A stretch of 42,434 bases of DNA from an uncultured Candidatus Saccharibacteria bacterium. Lineage in GTDB: Bacteria > Patescibacteriota > Minisyncoccia > Phycocordibacterales > WO2-35-19. The stretch is taken from NCBI GenBank assembly GCA_964365465.1, contig CAYIPT010000002.1, positions 1-42,434 of the forward strand. Direction: 5' to 3'. The notes under the pieces were generated by a model. That model saw only the letters and a program-made list of their open reading frames with translations, was not told the origin of the DNA and searched no databases. This document shows positions 7,788-15,664 of this stretch, one piece after another (position 1 is the first letter of the stretch; each line of letters begins with the position of its first letter). Both the position numbers and the translations under genes were made by a program.

Positions 7788-8135
7788 TCATGGGACCACC
7801 CCCTTTCCCGGATGATTCCAATCTTACTCACCCCTGACAACTCCCACCTTGTTGATTTAGAGAACTCCCAACACCTCCATTCTCGGGATGTGCGAGGTCC
7901 CGGACGAAGAAACCTTCAATACTAAGTGCGATGCGTCACACGTTGGTGGACTACCGAAAACAATCTGCGTCTCCGGATGAATTCTCCGCCGAGCTTCTGC
8001 CAACACATCCTCTTCCGGTATGTTGGATTGTTCGCAGAAAAGCGGTTCGCTGATAGCCAAACTACGAACAATGTGAAATGGAACTTTGTCCTGTCCAAGC
8101 ACTTGCTCTCCTAAAGGTGGTATAACTGCTTTCTA
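7788..8135 (-). other. GC-rich element: either an 81-codon GTG-initiated ORF (7857-8102) or a structured RNA, class unknown
   Basis: AGGAGAG SD-like box sits 3 nt (CAA) before the GTG at 8102. There are many local helices, for example ATTGTTCG/CGAACAAT. A 5'/3' closing pairing ACCACCUUU/AAAGGGGGU is possible. The element ends at the terminator 7737-7787. Confidence 0.35.
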
Positions 8136-8187
8136 AAAAATATATTACCTTTAATAAACAAAAAAAGCAAACAAACAAAACTGGGGA

Positions 8188-8784
8188 TTATTTTTTCTTC
8201 CACTCCGTAATGCCTGCCCCTTTTATTTCTGTTTTTCCCGCCGGTCTGATAAATTTGGCATTTTTTTTCGGCACAAAATTTATATGAGGCGACTTGTCTA
8301 GAGCTTCCGCTATTTCATCCAAGTCCTCTTCTTGTGTTATCCAGCTGGCGCCAAATTTTTTCCAGACATCAAACGGCTTTGAGAAAGAGAGCAAAGTTTT
8401 TTCACCCGAATCCAAAAAATATTCATGGTAATAACTCATTGCCAACTCTCTATAATTTTTATAAATAGGATCGCGCCAGCGCAAAACGGAATGATTTGTT
8501 TTTGAAATTGCTCCCCAAAATTTATTAATTCTAAAAATACAAAGAGTATGATCACTGTCTTTTTTTAAGTTCTTAACTTTCAAATCCATCAAATAATTTT
8601 CAATCTTAGCGTTTTGTAGGCACCAACAGGCGAAAATTGCTCCCTCGAAACAATGAGCTTCTTTCTCCCGCAACATTCTTGCCGGCGACATATATGTTTC
8701 CCCTTTCTCCTCAAAATTAAAAGGTATCTTGTCTAAAAAATCCTGAACTTTGGCAGGAGTATTAAGGCCTTTGATTTTTTTCAT
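8188..8784 (-). CDS. Hypothetical protein (possible Cys-His papain/transglutaminase-like fold)
   Basis: 198 aa. EAHCFEGAIFA and DHTLCIF are candidate Cys/His sites. No firm family assignment. Confidence 0.5.
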   Translation of the reverse strand: MKKIKGLNTPAKVQDFLDKIPFNFEEKGETYMSPARMLREKEAHCFEGAIFACWCLQNAKIENYLMDLKVKNLKKDSDHTLCIFRINKFWGAISKTNHSVLRWRDPIYKNYRELAMSYYHEYFLDSGEKTLLSFSKPFDVWKKFGASWITQEEDLDEIAEALDKSPHINFVPKKNAKFIRPAGKTEIKGAGITEWKKK

Positions 8785-8805
8785 TTTTTAATTATACTAT
8801 GCAAT

Positions 8806-9537
8806 ATGAAAAAAATAATAGTAATAATCGTAATTTTAGCTTTAATTTTGGTTTTGTTTTTTATTTTTAGAAATACTTCTTTGGCGCCGGTGGTTAATAA
8901 TAATTCAGAAACAGATACTGAAAAAATTAAAATTAATCCTGACATTCCTGGGCAAACTTTGCCATTTTCAAACGCCCCCAAAGATGTGACTTGGGCGCTT
9001 TTCCAAAAGTATTTGGGATACAATAAAAATAAAGATATAGAAGGGGTAAGAAGTGTGGTTTATAAAATAGCTTCTGTTTGCGAGGATCCAAAAACCAGAA
9101 TTGATTGCGAAGGCAGGATGGGCGCGGCTTATTCTTATGGCAGCGTCTTAAAAAAAGAGGATTTCACAAATATTTGGAGCGATGAAAAGCAAATAATTTT
9201 AGCCACCGATTTTTGGTTGGAATCGTCAAAAGATTTGGACCAATACGGCAGATTTAGAAGCATTATATTTTTTGTAAAAGGAGCGGACGGCGAATGGAAA
9301 CTTTTGAGCTTTAGTCCCGCCAAAGGCGGCGCTACCAATAAAGGAGCGGCTAGCCAAGAAGAGGTTGACGCCAGATTGATTCGCTATACCGAAGATAACG
9401 ACCAGGACGGCATAGCGGATTATACAGAAGAATGCATTCCCGCCGAAACAAAAGACACCTGTGTGCCAACCAACCCCAAACTCCGCGACACCGATGGCGA
9501 CGGCTGGTGGGACGGCGTGGAGACGCTGATGAAATAA
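8806..9537 (+). CDS. Membrane-anchored or secreted protein with C-terminal Ca-binding-like Asp repeats
   Basis: 243 aa with an N-terminal TM segment. DNDQDGIADY and DTDGDGWWDG are thrombospondin-type-3-like repeats. Confidence 0.6.
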   Translation: MKKIIVIIVILALILVLFFIFRNTSLAPVVNNNSETDTEKIKINPDIPGQTLPFSNAPKDVTWALFQKYLGYNKNKDIEGVRSVVYKIASVCEDPKTRIDCEGRMGAAYSYGSVLKKEDFTNIWSDEKQIILATDFWLESSKDLDQYGRFRSIIFFVKGADGEWKLLSFSPAKGGATNKGAASQEEVDARLIRYTEDNDQDGIADYTEECIPAETKDTCVPTNPKLRDTDGDGWWDGVETLMK

Positions 9538-9542
9538 ATCTT

Positions 9543-10169
9543 TTAATTATCCACAAAAGGAACAAAGACAAAACCGGGAAACTGGGTTATTTCAAAATCG
9601 ACGTTGGATTTTTTTATTTCCAAAAATATCGAATGGCCTTTCGGATAAACCAGTTTCCCGTTTATTTTTAATTGCTCTCTCCAGCTTGGAGGAACCTCCT
9701 TCACTTCCGCGGCGGCGATTATTTTATCAAAACCCCCAACACTTTCTGCTATTTTTGGAAGGCCATTATTTGCATTTTGGCAGTATGTTTTTATCCTTTT
9801 TGATAAGGCGGGATATTTAGAAATATTTTTTTTTCCAATATCAAAAACATCTGGATTTATTTCTATTGAATAAACTCTGCCGCTATCCCCCGCTATTTCA
9901 GCCAAAAGCGCCGACTGCCACTCCGAGCCGCTGCCAATATCTAAAATTTGGTCTCCATTTTTTGGTTCTAATAATTCAAGCATAAAAGCCACCGTATATG
10001 GCTGGGAAATTGTCTGGCCGAATCCTATGGGCAGGGCTTCATCGGCATATGCCAAATTCTTCAATTTTTCGGGGACAAAATCAATCCTATCCACTTTTCT
10101 GAAGGCATCAACAATCCGCGGCGTTTTCAAAATCCCTTTATCAATCAAAAATTTTATTAATCCGTTCAT
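9543..10169 (-). CDS. pcm: Protein-L-isoaspartate O-methyltransferase
   Basis: GQTISQPYTVAFMLELL and ILDIGSGSEWQSALLAE motifs. Confidence 0.85.
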   Translation of the reverse strand: MNGLIKFLIDKGILKTPRIVDAFRKVDRIDFVPEKLKNLAYADEALPIGFGQTISQPYTVAFMLELLEPKNGDQILDIGSGSEWQSALLAEIAGDSGRVYSIEINPDVFDIGKKNISKYPALSKRIKTYCQNANNGLPKIAESVGGFDKIIAAAEVKEVPPSWREQLKINGKLVYPKGHSIFLEIKKSNVDFEITQFPGFVFVPFVDN

Positions 10170-10584
10170 TTTTTATCTTATCCATTATACTACAAAATTT
10201 AAATGTCTTGAATTATTCTTATTTTAAGCCATATTTTTGGATTTGACAAAATAACAAGTTCCAGAAGTTGCCGAACCAAATCATGGCTCGGCCCCAAAAA
10301 AGTGTTGGCCGAAATGGCCATGGCCACCTAAACCAAGAAGTTCTCTCAGCCCGAAAAGGGGCCCGTCGCACGCAATTGCGCCGGGCTTTTTCATTCAAAT
10401 TTATACCCTCACTTTTTTAGGTTTCTTTTTTTCTTTTTTATGTCCATCACCTTTGGCCATGAGTTTATTATATCACTTAATGTATTTTTTAAAAATATAA
10501 ACACTTAATTTTGAAAATTACAACAATAAAAGAGCGTTTGCTCTTTTATTATTTATAACAAATATGCCTTTTTGCCGCAAATTA

Positions 10585-10842
10585 TTAGGAAACGAGATGT
10601 TTGGAAATATGCTTGGCCATTTTCATCATATGAACAACACTTTCGCCGCCTAAAACTTTCTTTAATTTTTCATCGGTATTAATCAAGCGTTTGTCTTTTG
10701 AATCCTGAAGATTGTGCGCCTTAATGTAAACCCAAATTTTAGAAACGACCTCTGAACGGGGCATTGGACCAGCGCCTACCACCGCTTCAAGCTCCGGGCT
10801 TAGAGCGTGGGGCTTCATAAAAGCCGAATTTGTTTTTGCCAT
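10585..10842 (-). CDS. SWIB/MDM2-domain protein
   Basis: 85 aa. SPELEAVVGAGPMPRSEVVSKIWVYIKAHNLQDSKDKRLINTDEKLKKV matches the SWIB pattern. Confidence 0.8.
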   Translation of the reverse strand: MAKTNSAFMKPHALSPELEAVVGAGPMPRSEVVSKIWVYIKAHNLQDSKDKRLINTDEKLKKVLGGESVVHMMKMAKHISKHLVS

Positions 10843-10890
10843 ACTTTTAAGTTACTTGCTAATAAACACACTGCAATTATACCACACTAA

Positions 10891-11100
10891 TTAAGCGCGG
10901 GAGACATTGACGGCTGAAGGGCCTTTACCTCCTTCCTCGCCCGGCTTGACTTCGAAGGTAACTCTATTACCTTCTTTCAGATCTCCAAGGGTAACACCAA
11001 CAAGCGAACTTTCGTGGAAAAAGACATCTTTTTCTCCATTATCGGGAGAGATAAATCCAAATGTTTTTCCTTCCATGGGTTTCTTTATTGTTCCTGTCAT
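10891..11100 (-). CDS. Cold-shock domain protein
   Basis: 69 aa. KTFGFISPDNGEKDVFFHES contains RNP1/RNP2-like motifs. Confidence 0.85.
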   Translation of the reverse strand: MTGTIKKPMEGKTFGFISPDNGEKDVFFHESSLVGVTLGDLKEGNRVTFEVKPGEEGGKGPSAVNVSRA

Positions 11101-11269
11101 GAAATTATTTTTTTATTATTTATTATGTATAGATAGAAACTCGACTTTATTTTGCCTTCTTCTAATACTCTTTCATTATAGCTTATTAGCAACTATTTAG
11201 CAATGCTGAATGTTATCAATTATTTTTTGTTCCATTGCTTTTTTATAAAACTATGATATCATATAAATT

Positions 11270-11500
11270 ATGAAAAATACACTGGAAGTCAAACTAAATG
11301 AAATATCGCTTACTCTTTCTGAATTTTTGAAATCATTTAATCAAAATATGCCTTCTAATTTTCCTCAAGTATCCGAGAAGCAGTTGATGAGGTTCAAAAA
11401 AGAACACGAATCTTTATTCAAAAAAAGCGACACCTGGTCGCTTGATCAATATAGAAAAAAAGTTATGGATTGGCTCCCCAGGAACATTGATATTGCATAA
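11270..11500 (+). CDS. Hypothetical protein
   Basis: 76 aa, the only plus-strand ORF here. A -10-like TATCAT lies 7 nt before the ATG. Confidence 0.45.
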   Translation: MKNTLEVKLNEISLTLSEFLKSFNQNMPSNFPQVSEKQLMRFKKEHESLFKKSDTWSLDQYRKKVMDWLPRNIDIA

Positions 11501-11518
11501 ATTGTAAAGGGCGAGGTG

Positions 11519-11794
11519 TTATTCCCGCCCTTCTAAAAGCCGTTTGGCCTCTACCTCCATAATCTCTGAGAAGACATAACAACGGTCATCTTCATCAGGA
11601 GAACAACATCCGCATCCATAATCATCTTCCCACTGAAAATACTTTCCTTCGGGAGTTTTTATGACATGTTGTGGACAAGAGTGGCATCTTGGGAGAATAC
11701 ACTCTGCCGAATATCCATCCTTTCTGAAGCCAACAATATCTTCCTGTCGCGGAGCTATAATTCTGCAAGTTGGCGTGGCGACACCCCCCGACAC
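11519..11794 (-). CDS. Cys-rich small protein (8 Cys), unknown function
   Basis: 91 aa with a GTG start 3 nt after the stop of the upstream 59-codon ORF. Contains CHSCPQH and CGCC. Lies in a GC-rich segment. Confidence 0.45.
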   Translation of the reverse strand: MSGGVATPTCRIIAPRQEDIVGFRKDGYSAECILPRCHSCPQHVIKTPEGKYFQWEDDYGCGCCSPDEDDRCYVFSEIMEVEAKRLLEGRE

Positions 11795-11797
11795 AAA

Positions 11798-11977
11798 CTA
11801 ATCCTCGCCACCCTGATAAGTGGTAGGCGGCATGCCATATGGCACACAAAGGTGCGATAACCTGGGCAACCCTTGTTTTTCTCGTTCAATATTTTTTTGG
11901 ACGAGAGTTTGTTCTCTTGTTTGCGGTTGTTTCTCCTGTTCTCGAGGAACTCCACCATGTTCGCTAAAATGTCCCAT
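11798..11977 (-). CDS. 59-codon ORF, unknown function (below the track cutoff)
   Basis: My translation: MGHFSEHGGVPREQEKQPQTREQTLVQKNIEREKQGLPRLSHLCVPYGMPPTTYQGGED. SD AGGAG lies 8 nt before the ATG at 11977. Confidence 0.35.
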   Translation of the reverse strand: MGHFSEHGGVPREQEKQPQTREQTLVQKNIEREKQGLPRLSHLCVPYGMPPTTYQGGED

Positions 11978-12039
11978 TGAAAGATCTCCTGTTTGTAAAG
12001 ATAATGGTTAAATTATAAAAAATCAAGAGCTGACTACAT

Positions 12040-12918
12040 TTAATTTTTCTGACTGTAATATTCAAAAAGAGCTTTGATGCCGGCGAGATTTTGTTGCCAC
12101 TCAATGGCGTCGTGGGTTTTAAGCTCTACCGTAATGGCGGGAATGTTTATGGAAGCGAGCCACCCCTCAGCGTCACCGGTCACCGCATAAGCGCCAAACG
12201 ATTTGATTGCTGGATAGCCCGAGCCCTTTGAGTAAATGTTCATAATATTGAGTGTCTCCGGAAGAACGCCATTCTCGCACTCTGACGCATACACGGCGTT
12301 TGATTTGCTGTGCCAAAATATGACGGCAGATGGATTGTTTTCTAGGATAAAAATTTTGATAGCCAGAGTTTCAGGTTCGGAAAAAGCGGCTGAGCCGGCG
12401 CTGACTGTTTTTGACTGCCAGGCGCTTTTTGGCTGCCACTTGCAGTCAAAATTTCTGTTGAGATCAACTTTATTTGAATTAAATCGTCCTGATTCTAGTA
12501 TTTTTGTGCTGGTTGACACATCTGTAATATCAAAACGGCCGACCTTGCCTGTTACTGCATAAACTCCGTCCGGATTGGCGTCCGGAATTACTGTCACCGT
12601 CAAATTTTTTGGAATAATTTCTGAATTTTTGTCCAGATAATCCATAAATTGATAAGCTAAAAGAGCGCTGTTCCATTCATACCCGCCGTGTATGCCGCCA
12701 ACGAACACGATTTTCTTTTCTCCATTTCCATAACTATAACTTTCTATTTTTCTCTTTTCTGCAGACAGGCCGATTATTTTATATACCGGGATGAAATTAG
12801 AATTTGGAACCGATTTTGATTTGACCTGTTTTTGCGAACCAATAAACACAAAAACGCCAATGATAAGCATTGCAAAAATAACAATTGCAATAAGCCATTT
12901 AATAAAAGTAGAGCGCAT
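12040..12918 (-). CDS. M14-like zinc carboxypeptidase, membrane-anchored
   Basis: 292 aa with an N-terminal TM segment. GGIHGGYEWNS, NPDG and DLNRNFDC motifs. Confidence 0.75.
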   Translation of the reverse strand: MRSTFIKWLIAIVIFAMLIIGVFVFIGSQKQVKSKSVPNSNFIPVYKIIGLSAEKRKIESYSYGNGEKKIVFVGGIHGGYEWNSALLAYQFMDYLDKNSEIIPKNLTVTVIPDANPDGVYAVTGKVGRFDITDVSTSTKILESGRFNSNKVDLNRNFDCKWQPKSAWQSKTVSAGSAAFSEPETLAIKIFILENNPSAVIFWHSKSNAVYASECENGVLPETLNIMNIYSKGSGYPAIKSFGAYAVTGDAEGWLASINIPAITVELKTHDAIEWQQNLAGIKALFEYYSQKN

Positions 12919-12926
12919 ACTTTTAT

Positions 12927-13823
12927 TTATTTTGATCCGTAATATTTAAGCAGCGCCTCAGCGCCTTTTTGGTTTTTAGCCCACTCTATGTCGGTGTGAT
13001 TCGTGAGGAGCACGCTTATGGCGGGAATATTATTTTTGGCGAGCCAATTTACCATGTCTCCCGTTATGGTGTAAAAATCAAAACTTTGGTAGGCGGGATA
13101 TCCCGAGGCGTCCGCGTATGTTTTGGTGAGAGTATTGGTCTCCGCAGAAACGCCATTGTGGCAACTTGATGCGTAGACACCGCCGGCCGAGCTGTACCAA
13201 ACCACAACCGCTTTTGGTTTGTTTGTTTCCACATAATTTTTTATGGCCAAACTTTCCGGTTCGGAAAACACTGTGTTTCCGCCGCTCACTGTTTTATTTT
13301 GCCATTTGCCCACGGCTTGCCAATCGCAATCAAAGTTGCGATTAAGATCAACATTGTTGGCGTTAAAGCGTCCGGCTATTACCGTGGCCTGAGACGACGA
13401 AACGTTTGCTTGTGAAAAATTGCCTATAGAAGTGCCCACCACTTTATTCAGGCCGTCCGGATTTAATACGGGAATAACTGTCACTTTTAGATTATTAGGA
13501 ATAACATTTGGATTTTCTTTTAAGTAATTTACGAGTTCATAAGCGACAAGAGTCGTATTCCATTCATATCCGCCGTGTATGCCGCCGACAAACAAAATTT
13601 CAGCGCTTCCAGCGCCATAGCGATAAGCCGTGATATCTCGGCCCTGGACTGACTTGCCTATAACCGTTTCTCCCATTTTTTGTTCTTTTGTGGTTGTGGC
13701 GTTTGTGTTTTGTTCTTCCGGCGGTGTGTTTACCACGACCGCATTATCGGAAAAATTTTTGAAAATAAAATATCCGCCGACAGCCAGTAAAACAATAACC
13801 ACAAGCCAAATAATTTTTTTCAT
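12927..13823 (-). CDS. M14-like zinc carboxypeptidase, membrane-anchored (tandem paralog)
   Basis: 298 aa with the same motifs: GGIHGGYEWNT, NPDG, DLNRNFDC. Confidence 0.75.
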   Translation of the reverse strand: MKKIIWLVVIVLLAVGGYFIFKNFSDNAVVVNTPPEEQNTNATTTKEQKMGETVIGKSVQGRDITAYRYGAGSAEILFVGGIHGGYEWNTTLVAYELVNYLKENPNVIPNNLKVTVIPVLNPDGLNKVVGTSIGNFSQANVSSSQATVIAGRFNANNVDLNRNFDCDWQAVGKWQNKTVSGGNTVFSEPESLAIKNYVETNKPKAVVVWYSSAGGVYASSCHNGVSAETNTLTKTYADASGYPAYQSFDFYTITGDMVNWLAKNNIPAISVLLTNHTDIEWAKNQKGAEALLKYYGSK

Positions 13824-13908
13824 TCTATTCGGGTTAATATAATAAAACTAAATTATAGCAAATTTACTCCTAAATATCCATGATTATATTTTAATTCCCC
13901 AAATTCAA

Positions 13909-13990
13909 GCCAACTTACGGGCTGGCGGTCTGCTTTGCTAAGCCGACTTGTCCAGCAAAGCTTCAGCGAAGGTTGGGTACGAAGTTGGAA
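13909..13990. repeat. GC-rich palindromic element related to 21833-21874
   Basis: gctttgct...agcaaagc is a perfect 8-bp inverted repeat. Outer arms are ccaactt.../...aagttgg. The minus-sense core CCTTCGCTGAAGCT..GGACAAGT is shared with 21841-21868. Confidence 0.5.
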
Positions 13991-13995
13991 CTAGT

Positions 13996-14499
13996 TTAAC
14001 ATTGTAGAGCCATAACCATACCGTAGTGGATTATAATTTCTCTGATTGACGATCCTAATTTTGCTTTGTCGGCATGCTCACAAAAAAGTTTAAATATTAG
14101 AATCAATTCTTTAGTTAAACCTCTAACATCCCACTCTTTACTTTTTGGTGTGCCATTTTGTCTGAAAGTCGTGAGGTGTCCAACTTCTTTATCGGCGCGA
14201 ATTTTAGCATCTACCAGTGTTTTGCTTAATTCTGGTCTAATATTTTCCCAAGTTTTTTCGTCAATAAAAAAATCTTTTGCGCATACATCAGTATCTCGTG
14301 GGGAAGAAGGATAAAGAAAGGTAATCAAATTGCGTAAGTGTATTGCGTATGACTCAATGGGTGCATGTTGTAATCCTTGCGCGATTTGTAGTCGTTGTAA
14401 TATTCCACTTGCCATATTAAGCAACATTTGAACTTCGTATCGCACATGTTCCGCAAAATATTCATGCAACTGCTCTTGAGTTAAATCTCTAGTTTTCAT
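13996..14499 (-). CDS. Uncharacterised protein, last gene of the R-M-linked block
   Basis: 167 aa and predicted helical. Rx6H (RADKEVGH) and Rx4H (REIIIH) patterns are present. No family recognised. Confidence 0.6.
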   Translation of the reverse strand: MKTRDLTQEQLHEYFAEHVRYEVQMLLNMASGILQRLQIAQGLQHAPIESYAIHLRNLITFLYPSSPRDTDVCAKDFFIDEKTWENIRPELSKTLVDAKIRADKEVGHLTTFRQNGTPKSKEWDVRGLTKELILIFKLFCEHADKAKLGSSIREIIIHYGMVMALQC

Positions 14500-14542
14500 A
14501 AAACTATTTGGTATAAATTTGGAATTTTAGTATTGTTTAACC

Positions 14543-15310
14543 CTAATTTTTTATTGGTACTTTTTCTTTTCCAATTTGGTATTTATCAAATTTTTCTTTG
14601 TAGGCATTAAAAAGATCTGTGGCAAAATCAAGTATGTTTTTTGTGTGTTTTTCCATATCTTTTGCAACACGTTGTTTTCTTGTCCGAAAACCCGTAGTTC
14701 CCGATTTTTTATTAGTAGTGTTGATGTCCATTTCGTGGATTATTTGATTTCTAACACCAAAAGTTTCTTTTAAGCTTTTTTCTTTTTTGTTTACTAAGTT
14801 TTCTGTGTCTAGCCCAGATGCCTCGGATACCTTACATAACTCGCTAACTGATTGAAGGCTGTCTCCAGACAAGCTTTCAATATAATCTGAAAGAAAAATG
14901 GCTCTCGGATTTTGATCAATCAGCGCAAGCGCAATCGTATTAAGCACAATTGCTTCATTTCTTTTTAATCCTTTTTTAACATAGTCTTTAAATTTATTTA
15001 TGGCAAGCTGATCCACATTAATTAGTTCTGGTAATTTAGTTTTTATTAGTTGTTTAACAAACACGTCTAGGCCCGAGCAGGCAAAAACGAGCATGGCTCT
15101 ATATAAATCCTGTTGTGCAGAAGTTGAAGGGCCACCAAGAATCCCTTTTCTACCAGCTTGATAAAGCGATCTGAAACTATTTACTGCCTCAACTGTTTTT
15201 GATAAGGAAACATATTCCGGGTAAAAAATATCTCTTTCTTTCTGTGGTGTAAGCGATAAAATGTAAAAATTTTTAACCTTTTTAACTCTTTTTGAAATAG
15301 TCTTTTTCAT
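14543..15310 (-). CDS. Uncharacterised protein with a HEPN-like RNxxxH motif
   Basis: 255 aa. FGVRNQIIHEMD, with R187 to H192 encoded at 14735-14752, lies in a helical C-terminal half. Confidence 0.6.
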   Translation of the reverse strand: MKKTISKRVKKVKNFYILSLTPQKERDIFYPEYVSLSKTVEAVNSFRSLYQAGRKGILGGPSTSAQQDLYRAMLVFACSGLDVFVKQLIKTKLPELINVDQLAINKFKDYVKKGLKRNEAIVLNTIALALIDQNPRAIFLSDYIESLSGDSLQSVSELCKVSEASGLDTENLVNKKEKSLKETFGVRNQIIHEMDINTTNKKSGTTGFRTRKQRVAKDMEKHTKNILDFATDLFNAYKEKFDKYQIGKEKVPIKN

Positions 15311-15317
15311 AAGTTCT

Positions 15318-15653
15318 TTACGTTACATTGTCTTCCTCGGCAGGAAGAGCAGAAGCCATTGCTGTGGAAAATAATCCATCAAAATGAGTTAGAACAGATT
15401 CTATAAAACGGCCATGGTAAATTGCGTATATAACAGATGATATGCTTTTATTTTTTGGTCGGAGTATAGAAAAAATAAGTTGCTGTGAGCTAATCTTTGG
15501 ACGGAGCCATGCTTGATATTTCCATTGTTCGGTATTATGTGTAAAGTCTCCATTTTCATCAACAAGCCAAGTAACTATTCGCCCATCTTTTATAGCTTTT
15601 TTTATTTCACCAAGAAGCAATTGTGGATTAGTTGTATTAAAATATATGGCCAT
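15318..15653 (-). CDS. Uncharacterised small protein
   Basis: 111 aa. 11 nt downstream of the endonuclease candidate and 7 nt upstream of the next gene. Confidence 0.55.
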   Translation of the reverse strand: MAIYFNTTNPQLLLGEIKKAIKDGRIVTWLVDENGDFTHNTEQWKYQAWLRPKISSQQLIFSILRPKNKSISSVIYAIYHGRFIESVLTHFDGLFSTAMASALPAEEDNVT

Positions 15654-15664
15654 AAATAAAACGA

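Noticed and set aside
7737-8135. RNase P RNA, tmRNA, SRP RNA or a T-box leader as identity of the GC-rich element
   Set aside because: I looked for GGAAAGUCC and ACAGAA..GGCUUA (RNase P P4), for a tRNA-like 3' end with a T loop plus tag ORF (tmRNA), and for GGUCCGGAAGGAAGCAGC (SRP). None is present. Only the T-box core is loosely matched (GGGUGGUCCCA). Stem I, specifier and AG-box features are absent and the downstream gene is pgi. The element is left as class unknown.
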